Positions 40,977 to 50,950 of a DNA stretch of 61,900 nt are shown in pieces. The DNA is from Candidatus Paceibacter sp. (lineage in GTDB: Bacteria > Patescibacteriota > Patescibacteriia > S139-126). Below the pieces are notes generated by a model, which worked only from the letters and a program-made list of their open reading frames with translations, ran no database searches and was not told where the DNA came from. The stretch lies in contig DYGA01000003.1 in NCBI GenBank assembly GCA_020724865.1, forward strand, positions 1 through 61,900, written 5' to 3'. A program made the translations under genes and the position numbers. Each line of letters opens with the position of its first letter. The first letter of the stretch is position 1.

Positions 40977-42017
40977 TTAGTTGAGTATTTTTTTTATTTC
41001 TGCAATTGAATTTATTTTCACCAGTTGATCGCGCAATTGTTTGGCTTGAGGCCAACCCTTAACATACCAGGATAAATGTTTTCTGAGTTCAATCAGTCCA
41101 CGTTGACCTTTTTCTCGCCAGGCAATATCAGCATGTTGCATAATAAAATTTTTTATTTCTGATTCAGAGTAAGCAGAATATTTTCCAGTTTTTAAAAAAT
41201 CTTTTGTTTGTTGAAACAACCAAGGTTTGCCCCAGGCACCACGGGCTATGCCAACACCATCAGCGCCAGTTTCAACAAGCATTGCTTGGGCAATTTCGGG
41301 AGTAGTCACTCCGCCATTATATAAAAGAATACGATCCCATATTTTTCTGACTTGTTTAACTATGTCAATATTCGGCACACCATCAAATGGTCTTTCAAAA
41401 CTACGGGCGTGCAGCATTAAAGCTGCTACCGGAAATTTGATAATATGTTGAACTAAGTCTACAGCTGTTACTTCATCCAAATCACTATTTGGTCCACAGT
41501 CTGTCGGATCAGTAATTAATGGTCCCTCAATAAATCCATGATCACTGGTGCGTTTAATTTTTTTGGCTGAAGAATTTTTTTTGATGCTGGCTCTAATTTT
41601 TATAGAAACTGGTATTTTGACACTTTCTGTCAAAGCTTGTACCAGCTCGGCGCAGCGGGCTGGTTCTTTCATTAAAGACACGCCACCACCGTGTCTGACT
41701 ACTTTGTAAGCCGGACAACCAAAATTTATATCAATTCCATCAAAACCTAATTCTTCCAAAATTTTTCCAGCTTTTTGAAATATTTCAGGTTTATTGCCAA
41801 AAATTTGCACGACTATTGGTTTTTCTGATTGGTCAAACTTTATCATTTCCAAAGTTTTTTTGGCATTGTGGACCAAAGCATCAGCAGAAGCAAATTCAGT
41901 ATAAATAACATCCGCGCCAAAATGTTTGCACATTTGTCGAAAAGCAATATCCGTCACCCCAGCCATCGGTGCTAGAGCTAAAATAGGTTTGTCTAATTTT
42001 TGCCAAAAATTGTTCAT
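40977..42017 (-). CDS. tRNA-dihydrouridine synthase (DusB-like; start MNNFWQ)
   Basis: LAPMAGVTD..FR, DINFGCP, NGG, ARG..G.PW.F, RKHL.WY. Confidence 0.92.
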   Translation of the reverse strand: MNNFWQKLDKPILALAPMAGVTDIAFRQMCKHFGADVIYTEFASADALVHNAKKTLEMIKFDQSEKPIVVQIFGNKPEIFQKAGKILEELGFDGIDINFGCPAYKVVRHGGGVSLMKEPARCAELVQALTESVKIPVSIKIRASIKKNSSAKKIKRTSDHGFIEGPLITDPTDCGPNSDLDEVTAVDLVQHIIKFPVAALMLHARSFERPFDGVPNIDIVKQVRKIWDRILLYNGGVTTPEIAQAMLVETGADGVGIARGAWGKPWLFQQTKDFLKTGKYSAYSESEIKNFIMQHADIAWREKGQRGLIELRKHLSWYVKGWPQAKQLRDQLVKINSIAEIKKILN

Positions 42018-42370
42018 CCGTGTGATTATATTATAAAATACAATATTATTCAATTATAAATAATAAATTTTAGCTATATCTAATTTCTTAATTTGTGTGA
42101 ATAGTGTAATGTGTTATATTTAAATATAAATTATAAGCCAGCGGAAAAAAACTATAAAATTTGCCAATCAACGGCGAATAAGAATTATTAAATATTTAAC
42201 AATAGAAGACCATTTTTCTGATATAGTTGGTAGTTATAAATACAGGATATGAAATGTTTATCTTTTTAGTGGATATGAAAAAAATATTTTGCTGAACTGA
42301 TATTATAAGGGATAAACCCTACAATTATCTCAATTGATTTTTTTATCTGCTGTCAATGAGATTAGTAAAT

Positions 42371-43300
42371 ATGAAAACCAAAATATTTAATCGAAAACAA
42401 TTAAAACAAGCCGGGGAGCTAATTAAAAAAGGAGAATTAATCGCTTTTCCAACTGAAACTGTTTATGGATTAGGGGCAAACGCATTAAATCCGAAAGCAG
42501 TCAAAAAAATTTTTGTTGTCAAAGGAAGACCATCAAACAATCCTTTAATTATTCATGTTTGTAATTTAAAACAAGTTGAAGAAATTGCATATCTCAATCC
42601 ATTAGCTAAAAAATTAATTAAAAAATTTTGGCCAGGGCCATTAACTATTATTTTGAAAAAGAAAAAAATTGTTCCAAAAGAGGTCACCGCAGGGCTTAGA
42701 ACTGTTGCTATTAGAATGCCTGATAATAAAACTGCTCTGGCATTAATTAAATATTCTAATTGTCCAATAGCTGCACCATCTGCAAATATTTCTGGTAAGC
42801 CTTCGGGAACATGTTTTGAACATGTCTACGAAGATTTTGGTGGAAAAATCGCTGGGATTATTAAATCTCGGCAATGTAAAATTGGAATCGAATCCACTGT
42901 TTTAGACTTAACTCAAAAAATTCCTGAAATATTAAGGCCTGGCAAAATTATAAAAAAACAAATAGAAAAGATCATTGGCAGAGTTAGAGAAAGTAAAGGG
43001 CATGTATCAAAACCAAAATCTCCTGGTATGGCATATAAACATTATTCACCTAATGCAAAAGTTATTATTGTAAAAAATAAGTCACAAATTAAAGAGGTAT
43101 TTAAAAAATATTCTGGAAAAAAAATAAAATTATTAATATATAAAAATGCTATAAACATGGCACACAATTTATTTAAAGATTTTAGAGATGCAGATAAAAA
43201 AGGGTTTGATATAATAATAGTAAAATCAATTCAGGAAAAAAGTTTAGGAAATGCTATTATGAACAGATTAAGAAAAGGTGGAAAAATTTATCAATCTTGA
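42371..43300 (+). CDS. sua5: L-threonylcarbamoyladenylate synthase (Sua5-type)
   Basis: FPTETVYGLGA, KGRP..NPLI.H, APSANISG.PS, SPGM.YKHY.P. Confidence 0.93.
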   Translation: MKTKIFNRKQLKQAGELIKKGELIAFPTETVYGLGANALNPKAVKKIFVVKGRPSNNPLIIHVCNLKQVEEIAYLNPLAKKLIKKFWPGPLTIILKKKKIVPKEVTAGLRTVAIRMPDNKTALALIKYSNCPIAAPSANISGKPSGTCFEHVYEDFGGKIAGIIKSRQCKIGIESTVLDLTQKIPEILRPGKIIKKQIEKIIGRVRESKGHVSKPKSPGMAYKHYSPNAKVIIVKNKSQIKEVFKKYSGKKIKLLIYKNAINMAHNLFKDFRDADKKGFDIIIVKSIQEKSLGNAIMNRLRKGGKIYQS

Positions 43301-43437
43301 AAAATCATATTTTGAATCACAAAATGTGAATAAATGGTTAAATCAAATTTGAAGTTCAAAAAAATAGAGTAAAAGATATGTTCCCCAGAGCTTTTGGAAA
43401 AGTTTTTATATTAATACAAATCTTGTCTTAGATTATT

Positions 43438-43608
43438 ATGGAGAAAATTTTTGTTTATGGAAGTCTAAAAAAACCAAAAGTGCAAAAATTTGTTTTTGGA
43501 AGGATAGCGAAATCTTATTTTGATATTCTATCAATTCTCAAATTTCATTTCGTGAAATTTCAGATAATCACGATGTTTAATGAAAAAGTTTTCTCGACTA
43601 ATTCCTGA
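43438..43608 (+). pseudogene. Truncated gamma-glutamylcyclotransferase (AIG2-like) fragment
   Basis: MEKIFVYGSLKKPKVQKFVFGR N-terminal motif; only 56 aa. Confidence 0.55.
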
Positions 43609-43693
43609 GTTGATTCAGGAATTTTTTATTTATAAATAATTTAACTTTTTTTATTGGTTTTTATTTAAGTAAAATATATAGTATAATTATATT

Positions 43694-44686
43694 ATGAAGA
43701 AATTTGATTGTTTAGTAATTGGCGGGTCAACCGAAGATTTGATGTTTTATACTGATGAATCGGTGATAATAAAAAACCCCAATGCTAAAGATATTACCAG
43801 ACAAAAGTTAATTGCTTTTGAGTACGGTGCAAAGATTCCTTCACAAGCCGCTTATTTTACTATGGGCGGAGGAGGACAAAATGTTGCTGTGTCTTTAGCT
43901 AAATTGGGATTGAAAGTCAGCTTACTTACAGCTGTTGGTGGCGATGGTGTTAGTCAGGAAATTATACAGAATTTAAAAATAAATGGCGTTGATCAAAGTT
44001 TGGTAAAAGTTTATCCCAAAGATCGTTCCAGTTTTTCTTTTATTGTTAATACCGGTACTTTCAAGGAGCATGTAATTTTTACTTATCGCGGAGCAAATTA
44101 TGTCATGCAAATAAATCTGTCTGATTTAAAAAAAATAAAAACCAATTGGTTTTATTTAACTTCTTTACAAGGTGATTATTGGAAGAGTAATTTACAAAAT
44201 ATTTTTAAAGTGGTAAGTGCCAATAATATTAAAATTTCTTGGAATCCGGGCGGCACACAATTGGCCAGCGGTTACAAATATTTGAGCAGGTATTTGAAAC
44301 AGACTGAAATTTTACATCTCAATAAAGATGAAGCCATAGAATTAGTTTTGTCTTATGGTAAAAAAGTTAACAATATTGAAAAATTATTACTGACTATCAA
44401 AGCTTGGGGCCCGCAGTTGGTGGTGATTACTGACGGACCGAACGGCGCTTATGCTTTTGATGGTAAAAAAATATATTATCGCAGAGCTCCCAACACTAAA
44501 GGTATAAATACCACGGGCGCCGGGGATAGTTTTTGTTCAGCTTTTGTTTGGGGGATTATAAAATATAATGATATTAGACTGGCTTTGCAAGCTGGAATTA
44601 TCAATAGCAATAGTGTCATTACTGAAATTGGCGCTCAAAATGGTTTATTGACCAGTAAACAAATAAAAAAAGAATTAAAATTATGA
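43694..44686 (+). CDS. PfkB-family carbohydrate kinase
   Basis: GGGGQNVAV.LAKLG, LNKDEA, TTGAGDSF. Confidence 0.92.
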   Translation: MKKFDCLVIGGSTEDLMFYTDESVIIKNPNAKDITRQKLIAFEYGAKIPSQAAYFTMGGGGQNVAVSLAKLGLKVSLLTAVGGDGVSQEIIQNLKINGVDQSLVKVYPKDRSSFSFIVNTGTFKEHVIFTYRGANYVMQINLSDLKKIKTNWFYLTSLQGDYWKSNLQNIFKVVSANNIKISWNPGGTQLASGYKYLSRYLKQTEILHLNKDEAIELVLSYGKKVNNIEKLLLTIKAWGPQLVVITDGPNGAYAFDGKKIYYRRAPNTKGINTTGAGDSFCSAFVWGIIKYNDIRLALQAGIINSNSVITEIGAQNGLLTSKQIKKELKL

Positions 44687-45264
44687 ACACTATCAAAGTA
44701 ATAGTAGAAGTATCAGCTAGACATATTCATTTATCACGCCGTGATATTAATAGATTATTTGGCAGGGGATATCAATTACAAGTTAAAAATAGTATTTCCC
44801 AAACAGGACAATTTGCCACAGTGGAAACCGTTGGTTTAAAAGGACCGAAAAACGAATTTAAAAAAATTCGGATCGTCGGGCCAGAAAGAAAAAAATCACA
44901 AATTGAATTGGCAGTAACTGATTGTTTTTATTTGGGCATTAAACCGGTTTATCATATTTCTGGCGATACAAAAGGCGCACCAAAGTTAGAAATTATTGGT
45001 CCTAAAGGTAGTGTGAAAATTCCAGCAATTGTTCCTCTTAGACATATCCATATAAGTGATCAGGAAGCAAAAAAATATGGTTTGAAAAATAAACAAAAAG
45101 TAAAAGTTAAAATTTCAGGCCAACGAGCGGTGATTTTTGATAAGGTGGTTGTTAGGGTCCATCCAACTTTTCGGTTTCGCTTACATTTAGAAACTGACGA
45201 AGGTAATGCCGCTGGCGTAAAAACAGGTGATAAAGGTTTAGTGATAAAAAATTTTAAGTTATAA
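44683..45264 (+). CDS. pduL: PduL/EutD-type phosphate acyltransferase
   Basis: VSARHIHL, Q.GQF, R.VGP.R, RHIH, HLETDEGNA. Confidence 0.9.
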   Translation: MNTIKVIVEVSARHIHLSRRDINRLFGRGYQLQVKNSISQTGQFATVETVGLKGPKNEFKKIRIVGPERKKSQIELAVTDCFYLGIKPVYHISGDTKGAPKLEIIGPKGSVKIPAIVPLRHIHISDQEAKKYGLKNKQKVKVKISGQRAVIFDKVVVRVHPTFRFRLHLETDEGNAAGVKTGDKGLVIKNFKL

Positions 45265-45272
45265 ATTTTAAA

Positions 45273-46409
45273 ATGATTTTAGTTTTTAATTCTGGGAGTT
45301 CAAGTTTGAAGTTCGCTTTATTCAATCAGACCGCTAACCGTAAGTTAATAGCTGGTAATATTGAGCGTATCGGACTTGATAAAAATATTATTAGTTTTAG
45401 TATTGGTAATAAATATTATCAAGAAATTTTATCTAAGCGGATAAAAAATCATATCGAAGCGGTTCAAGTAGTTTGTTTATTTTTAATCTGGCAAGGGTAT
45501 AATTTATCAGCCATAAAAAAAATTGGCCATCGGGTGGTGCACGGCGGCGGCAAATTTTGGCAGCCAGTTAAATTAAATGCAAAAATAATTAAGCAATTAG
45601 TCAAATTTAATAGTTTAGCTCCTTTGCACAATCCGATAAATTTAGAAGTAATAAAAATTTGTCAAAAATATTTTCCCAAAATAGATCAATACGCGTGTTT
45701 TGATACTGAGTGGTACCAAAACATGCCACCAGAAAATTATTTGTATTCTTTGCCCGAAAAATTGTTTAAAGAATATGGCATTCGTCAGTTTGGTTTTCAT
45801 GGTTTGTCCCATGAATATGCAGCTAAACAGGCAGCTGCTTTGTTAGGTAAACCATTGAAAAAATTAAATCTTATTACTTGTCATTTAGGTTCAGGTGGAT
45901 CAATTACGGCTGTAAAAAATGGCCAAGCCATTGAAACTTCAATGGGTTTTACTCCTTTAGCTGGGCTTTCTATGAGTAGTCGGGCAGGGGACGTTGATGC
46001 CAATATTCCATTGTATTTAATAAGAGAAAAAAAATTAAGTCCTGACAAAGTGTTTAATATTTTAAACAAAGAATCTGGATGGCAGGCTTTGAGCGGCGTA
46101 TCAGATTTTCGTCAAATAATGGTCGATGGAGGTTTTAAAGTCCCTGGTTTTTCTCCACGGAAAAGTAAAGATCAAAGAATGAAATCCAAATTGGTTTTGT
46201 ACCGCTACGTTAGGGAAGTTAAATTTTATATTGGCGGTTTTTTGGCTTTATTAGATAATCAAGTGGATGCTTTGGTTTTTACTGGAGCTATTGGCGGGGC
46301 AAACGCTGATTTTAGAAAATTGGTTTTAAATAAATTATTAGTTAAAAAAATAAAAGTTTTTAATTTTATTACTGATGAGGAAACAGTTATAGCCCATAAG
46401 TTAAAATAG
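45273..46409 (+). CDS. ackA: Acetate/propionate kinase
   Basis: NSGSSSLK, GHRVVHGG, APLHN, GFHG.SH, SMGFTPL.G, TDEE. Confidence 0.93.
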   Translation: MILVFNSGSSSLKFALFNQTANRKLIAGNIERIGLDKNIISFSIGNKYYQEILSKRIKNHIEAVQVVCLFLIWQGYNLSAIKKIGHRVVHGGGKFWQPVKLNAKIIKQLVKFNSLAPLHNPINLEVIKICQKYFPKIDQYACFDTEWYQNMPPENYLYSLPEKLFKEYGIRQFGFHGLSHEYAAKQAAALLGKPLKKLNLITCHLGSGGSITAVKNGQAIETSMGFTPLAGLSMSSRAGDVDANIPLYLIREKKLSPDKVFNILNKESGWQALSGVSDFRQIMVDGGFKVPGFSPRKSKDQRMKSKLVLYRYVREVKFYIGGFLALLDNQVDALVFTGAIGGANADFRKLVLNKLLVKKIKVFNFITDEETVIAHKLK

Positions 46410-46492
46410 TTTTTACTTTTAGTCTTTACATTTTTTAAGTTTACCAGTAAAATGGTAAACGTTTTTTTTGTACATTTATAAAGGAGCTAAAA

Positions 46493-47077
46493 ATGACAAC
46501 TGAACAATTCGTTTATTTAAGGGAAAAAGCTGTTACTATTTTTGGAGGGCAACTACTGGACAAGAAATCTTATCAACTTTTAAAAAAGGTTGTTAATTAT
46601 TTAGTAAAAAGAAATTTTTATATAATAACCGGCGGTTTATCTGTAAAAAAATCAGTAATGTACGAACCAATTAGATTGGCCGACAATAAAGTTATTTCTT
46701 TATATAGTGAGGATGACAATACTACCAGTCGAGAATTAATTATTACTGATCGTGAACTTAGTTATACTGCCAAAAATTTTGGTGACCAGATATATCAAAT
46801 GATTCAAAGTCAAGCTTTAATTATATTTGACGGCGGTTTGTCAACCTTAGCTGAGTTAACCTTAGCTTTAGATTATTGGAAGCGTTATCAAAAACAGGGC
46901 GCTAAAAAACCAGTCATTTTATTTTTTAGCCGCAAGTGGTTGGCTTACCGTGAAAATATGATTGAAGATGGTTTAATTGATAAAGATTTGGTTAGGCATT
47001 ATTGTTTATATTGTCATGGTTATGCCAGATTTGTTGCTCATTTTGAAAGTTTTTTCCCAAAAAACACCCCAAGATAA
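46493..47077 (+). CDS. Divergent LOG/SLOG-family protein
   Basis: VTIFGG, IITGG, DGGLSTLAEL (compare PGGxGTxxE). Confidence 0.6.
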   Translation: MTTEQFVYLREKAVTIFGGQLLDKKSYQLLKKVVNYLVKRNFYIITGGLSVKKSVMYEPIRLADNKVISLYSEDDNTTSRELIITDRELSYTAKNFGDQIYQMIQSQALIIFDGGLSTLAELTLALDYWKRYQKQGAKKPVILFFSRKWLAYRENMIEDGLIDKDLVRHYCLYCHGYARFVAHFESFFPKNTPR

Positions 47078-47094
47078 TACTGGGGTGATTTTTT
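47065..47094 (+). terminator. Intrinsic terminator
   Basis: CACCCCA/TGGGGTG stem followed by a T run. Confidence 0.7.
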
Positions 47095-47135
47095 AATATA
47101 AAATTGATATAATTTGATTGAGTTAGATTAAACTT

Positions 47136-47999
47136 ATGCTTGAAAATGGACAATTTAAAAATAAAGAAGCTTGGCAGGAAAATGCAAAATTGTGGCAAAC
47201 CTACGAACCGCCGTTACGACCATCGCCAGGTGATTTGTTGATTTATGATTTAGCCTTACAAACTTTTAAAGGGGAGCCTTTTAGTAAGAAGGCTTTATTA
47301 CTTGGGGATTGCCCGGAATTACGTGATTTACTTGCTGAACATCAGTATAATACAACAGTAGTGGCTAATAATCCCATAGCGATTATAGCTATGAACGAAC
47401 TGTTGACATTCACCGGAGAAAAAAAAGAAAAGGTGATAATAATGAATTGGCAGGATATTGATTTTGAACCAAATAGTTATGACTTGGTTTTAAGTGATTG
47501 GGGATTGAACAGTTTGACTGAATGGCTTGATTACACATTGGTATTATATAAAGTGGCACAAGTAATGAAAAATAACGCCAATTTTATTTGTAGAATCAAT
47601 ATTTACAAACCGGAAAGAAAAATTAGATCAGTAAAACAGATTATGTCTGATTTTGCTGCTTTGCCACAACATAAATTTAGTTTTTTATTGGAGTTAGAAA
47701 TGTATAGTACTATATCAACCTACAATGAAAAGACCTTTCAAATTGATTTGGGTAAATTTTATCGTGATGAAGTAACCGCTGCTTATCATAATGGGCAAAT
47801 GACTTTTGCTGAATGGCAAGAATTTTATTATCCGTTCTTTGATGTGGTAATGACATACCCCCGACAGGCTGATTGGGAAAATTTATTGCATAAGTTTTTT
47901 ACCATCACAGCAGTAAAATATGGCGGTGATTATTTAGCTTCAGATAATAATCCCATATATATTTGTCAAAAGAATATTAACCAAAAAATTTATGGATGA
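47136..47999 (+). CDS. Class I SAM methyltransferase-like protein
   Basis: ALLLGDCPELRD, NWQDIDF…SYDLVLSD. Confidence 0.65.
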   Translation: MLENGQFKNKEAWQENAKLWQTYEPPLRPSPGDLLIYDLALQTFKGEPFSKKALLLGDCPELRDLLAEHQYNTTVVANNPIAIIAMNELLTFTGEKKEKVIIMNWQDIDFEPNSYDLVLSDWGLNSLTEWLDYTLVLYKVAQVMKNNANFICRINIYKPERKIRSVKQIMSDFAALPQHKFSFLLELEMYSTISTYNEKTFQIDLGKFYRDEVTAAYHNGQMTFAEWQEFYYPFFDVVMTYPRQADWENLLHKFFTITAVKYGGDYLASDNNPIYICQKNINQKIYG

Positions 48000-48276
48000 A
48001 TTAAAAAATAAAGCAAAAAAATTACAACTTGAAATTTTAGAAAAATTATCACAATTGGTTACTGCTGGACTAGGGTTGGTTGCGGCGCTTGCTTGGAATA
48101 CTTTTATCCAAGATTTATTTAAAAAAATATTTGGCACCCAATCAGATTTATGGGCTAAATTTGGTTACGCGGTGGTGGTCACAGTGATTGTGGTAGTTTT
48201 AACTCTACAAATTAGCCGGACTGTCAATCGATTGAAAGAAGAAATTAAAGTGGAAAATATTGAAGATAAAAAATAA
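47992..48276 (+). CDS. DUF5654-like small membrane protein
   Basis: LVTAGLGLVAALAWN..I, YAVVVT. Confidence 0.8.
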   Translation: MDELKNKAKKLQLEILEKLSQLVTAGLGLVAALAWNTFIQDLFKKIFGTQSDLWAKFGYAVVVTVIVVVLTLQISRTVNRLKEEIKVENIEDKK

Positions 48277-48292
48277 TATTTTATATTAAACA

Positions 48293-50032
48293 ATGGCAGA
48301 AACTAATAATGAAAAGTTTTGGTTCATACAACCCGCAGCACCAGATTTTTTGGCCAATAAATTTCCCGAAATAAATCCGATAATTAGACAATTGTTATTC
48401 AATCGCAAACTGGATACTCAAGAAAAAATTGATGAATTTTTATATCCAGACTATTCTCAGGATTTATTTGATCCTTTTTTATTTAAAGAGATGGAAATAG
48501 CTTGTCAACGTATTTGGCGAGCAGTAAGAAATCAGGAAAAAGTTTTGATTTATGGAGATTATGATGCAGATGGTGTCTGTTCAACTACGCTATTGGTAGA
48601 ATGGTTTAAATTTGTTAAGTTGCCGGTTGAAGTTTACATTCCACATAGAGAAATTGAAGGTTACGGTTTAAATCAAGATGCGGTTAAAGAATTTATTGAA
48701 AAAAAAGTTGATCTGTTGATTACTGTTGACTGTGGAACTACTAATATCAGTGAAGTAGAAACCTTAGGAGCTGCTGGAATTGATGTCATAATTACTGATC
48801 ATCATCATGTTCCGACAGATAGAGTAAGACCGTTGGCTTTTTTAAATTGCTCAAATCCTGATGATAATTACCCTTTTCCTTATTTAGCTGGGGTAGGTAT
48901 GGCTTTTAAATTAGTGCAGGGTTTAATAATTTATGGACAGAGAAATAATTATTCTCCACAATTTCCCAGTGGATGGGAAAAATGGTTGCTCGACCTAGTT
49001 GCTATTGCAACAGTTACTGATGTAATGCCTTTACAGGGCGAAAATCATACTTTGGTAAAATACGGTTTGTTGGTTTTGAATAAAACTAGAAGAGTGGGAC
49101 TTAAAGAATTATTTAATATAGCTGGGATTAAAAATATTATAGATACTTGGCAGATTGGTTTTATTATTGGTCCAAGATTAAATGCCGCTGGTCGTATTGA
49201 TCATGCTAATCAGGCCTATGCTTTATTGAACGAAACAAATTCAGACCAGGCAAAAAATTTAGCGATTGAACTTCAGGCGACCAATGCCAAACGTCAAGCT
49301 TTAACCGAACAGTTTGTCAAGGAAGCAAAACAACAAATTGAACCACAATTTTATCAAGGTGACTGTATTTTAACCGCTTATTCGCCTAATTGGGATTTAG
49401 GTTTGGTTGGTTTGGTGGCGGGTAGAATAACTGAATTATATCGACGTCCGACTTTGATCATGACTTTAAATCAAGGGAAAATTATGGGATCAGGTAGATC
49501 ATTGGCCGATTTTAGTATAATTGCTGCGCTGGAAAAGCAGAAAAAATATTTAGCCAGATTTGGTGGTCATGAGGGTGCTTGTGGTTTTACCCTGCAAAAT
49601 AATAATGATTTAGAAAACTTTGTGTCTAGTATAAAAGAGGCAAATAAAGATATTGATATTGATCAATTTAAGCCATATTTAAACATAGATGCTGTGGTTA
49701 AGTTGTCAGATATTGACTGGTCTTTAGTTGATGATTTGCAGAAATTTGAACCATTTGGCGAAGATAATCCTGTACCTCGTTTTGTAACTTATCAGGTACA
49801 AGTTTTGGGTATTGAGTTTGTCGGCGAAGAGCAAAAACATTTGCGACTTTTGGTAGGTGATGAGATGGGATTGGTTCGCAAGACAATTGGTTTTGGTTTA
49901 GGAAAAAATTGGGGAAATTTAAAAATGGGTGATAAAATCGATATTGTTTACGAAGCTGGTGTAAATCAGTGGAACGGCAATAAAGAGTTACAGTTGAAAA
50001 TAATTGATTTAAAAATAAATGAAACAAAATAA
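48293..50032 (+). CDS. recJ: ssDNA-specific exonuclease RecJ
   Basis: GDYDADG, ITVDCG, TDHH, PRLNAAGR, GSGRS, GGH, EPFG..N. Confidence 0.97.
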   Translation: MAETNNEKFWFIQPAAPDFLANKFPEINPIIRQLLFNRKLDTQEKIDEFLYPDYSQDLFDPFLFKEMEIACQRIWRAVRNQEKVLIYGDYDADGVCSTTLLVEWFKFVKLPVEVYIPHREIEGYGLNQDAVKEFIEKKVDLLITVDCGTTNISEVETLGAAGIDVIITDHHHVPTDRVRPLAFLNCSNPDDNYPFPYLAGVGMAFKLVQGLIIYGQRNNYSPQFPSGWEKWLLDLVAIATVTDVMPLQGENHTLVKYGLLVLNKTRRVGLKELFNIAGIKNIIDTWQIGFIIGPRLNAAGRIDHANQAYALLNETNSDQAKNLAIELQATNAKRQALTEQFVKEAKQQIEPQFYQGDCILTAYSPNWDLGLVGLVAGRITELYRRPTLIMTLNQGKIMGSGRSLADFSIIAALEKQKKYLARFGGHEGACGFTLQNNNDLENFVSSIKEANKDIDIDQFKPYLNIDAVVKLSDIDWSLVDDLQKFEPFGEDNPVPRFVTYQVQVLGIEFVGEEQKHLRLLVGDEMGLVRKTIGFGLGKNWGNLKMGDKIDIVYEAGVNQWNGNKELQLKIIDLKINETK

Positions 50033-50450
50033 GAAAGGAATAATTTTTACAGATGGTGGAGCGCGGGGCAATCCGGGACCTGCCGGAATTGGTTATGTTA
50101 TTTATGATGAAAAAAATAATATCATATCCAGTATTGGTTTGTATATTGGTGAAACAACTAACAATCAAGCCGAGTATCAAGCGGTTTGGCAGGCTTTAAA
50201 CAAAGCTAAAGATTTAGGTTTTCATGAATTGAATTTATATTTAGATAGCGAATTAGTAGTTAATCAGTTGAATCAAAAATTTAAAATAAAAAATTCTGAA
50301 CTGGCTAAAATGTTTGTTAAAATTTGGAATATAAGTCAAGAATTTAAAAATATAAAATATAATTATATACCCAGAGAAAAAAATAAATTGGCAGATAAGT
50401 TGGTAAATCAAGCAATAGATCAAGCTTTAAAACAAAAACCCCGCCTGTAA
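50019..50450 (+). CDS. rnhA: Ribonuclease HI
   Basis: TDGGARGNPGPAGIG, TNNQAEY, DSELVV.Q, PRE.N..AD. Confidence 0.93.
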   Translation: MKQNKKGIIFTDGGARGNPGPAGIGYVIYDEKNNIISSIGLYIGETTNNQAEYQAVWQALNKAKDLGFHELNLYLDSELVVNQLNQKFKIKNSELAKMFVKIWNISQEFKNIKYNYIPREKNKLADKLVNQAIDQALKQKPRL

Positions 50451-50464
50451 AGGCAGGGCTTTTG
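50435..50464. terminator. Probable bidirectional terminator between rnhA and rnpB
   Basis: AAAACCCCGCCT-GTAA-AGGCAGGGCTTTT. Confidence 0.6.
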
Positions 50465-50472
50465 ATAAAATT

Positions 50473-50851
50473 GCTAAATAAATCTATAAGCCGAATTCTG
50501 TTTTCCGCCGTTAGGCGGAACGATAGTCATCTATCTGGTTTTAGTGTTACCACTAAAATCTAGCTACCAACCCGTCTGCTTTTAGAGCAGAACCTATTTG
50601 GTATTGCACCGGTTAGAGTTTGCCTCTTTTCCCATATCACTATGGGAACGCGTAAATTAGTTAATTTACGATTTCACCCTTATTCCGCAAAAGCGGAAAG
50701 GAATACTTTCTGTTGCACTTGTCCTGACTTTATTGTCACCAATAAAGTCGGTCGGCGTTACCGATTAACCACCCGAAAAAGTCGGGCCGCTGTGGTGTTC
50801 GGACTTTCCTCCCAGCTAATATAAGCTGAGCGACTATCTAATTTATTTAGC
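50473..50851 (-). ncRNA. rnpB: RNase P RNA
   Basis: Minus strand GAGGAAAGTCC, AGTGCAACAGAAA, GGGTGAAA and ACAGAATTCGGCTTA conserved regions; P1 GCTAAATAAAT/ATTTATTTAGC. Confidence 0.96.
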
Positions 50852-50950
50852 GTATACAAATATATATATAAATTAAGCAGATGTCAAGATTTAACTTGAA
50901 AATAATGCTAAAATTAGATAAGATTTATTTATATAATATTTAAATAATCA

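Noticed and set aside
50642..50824. 60-aa ORF
   Set aside because: Antisense to the RNase P RNA.
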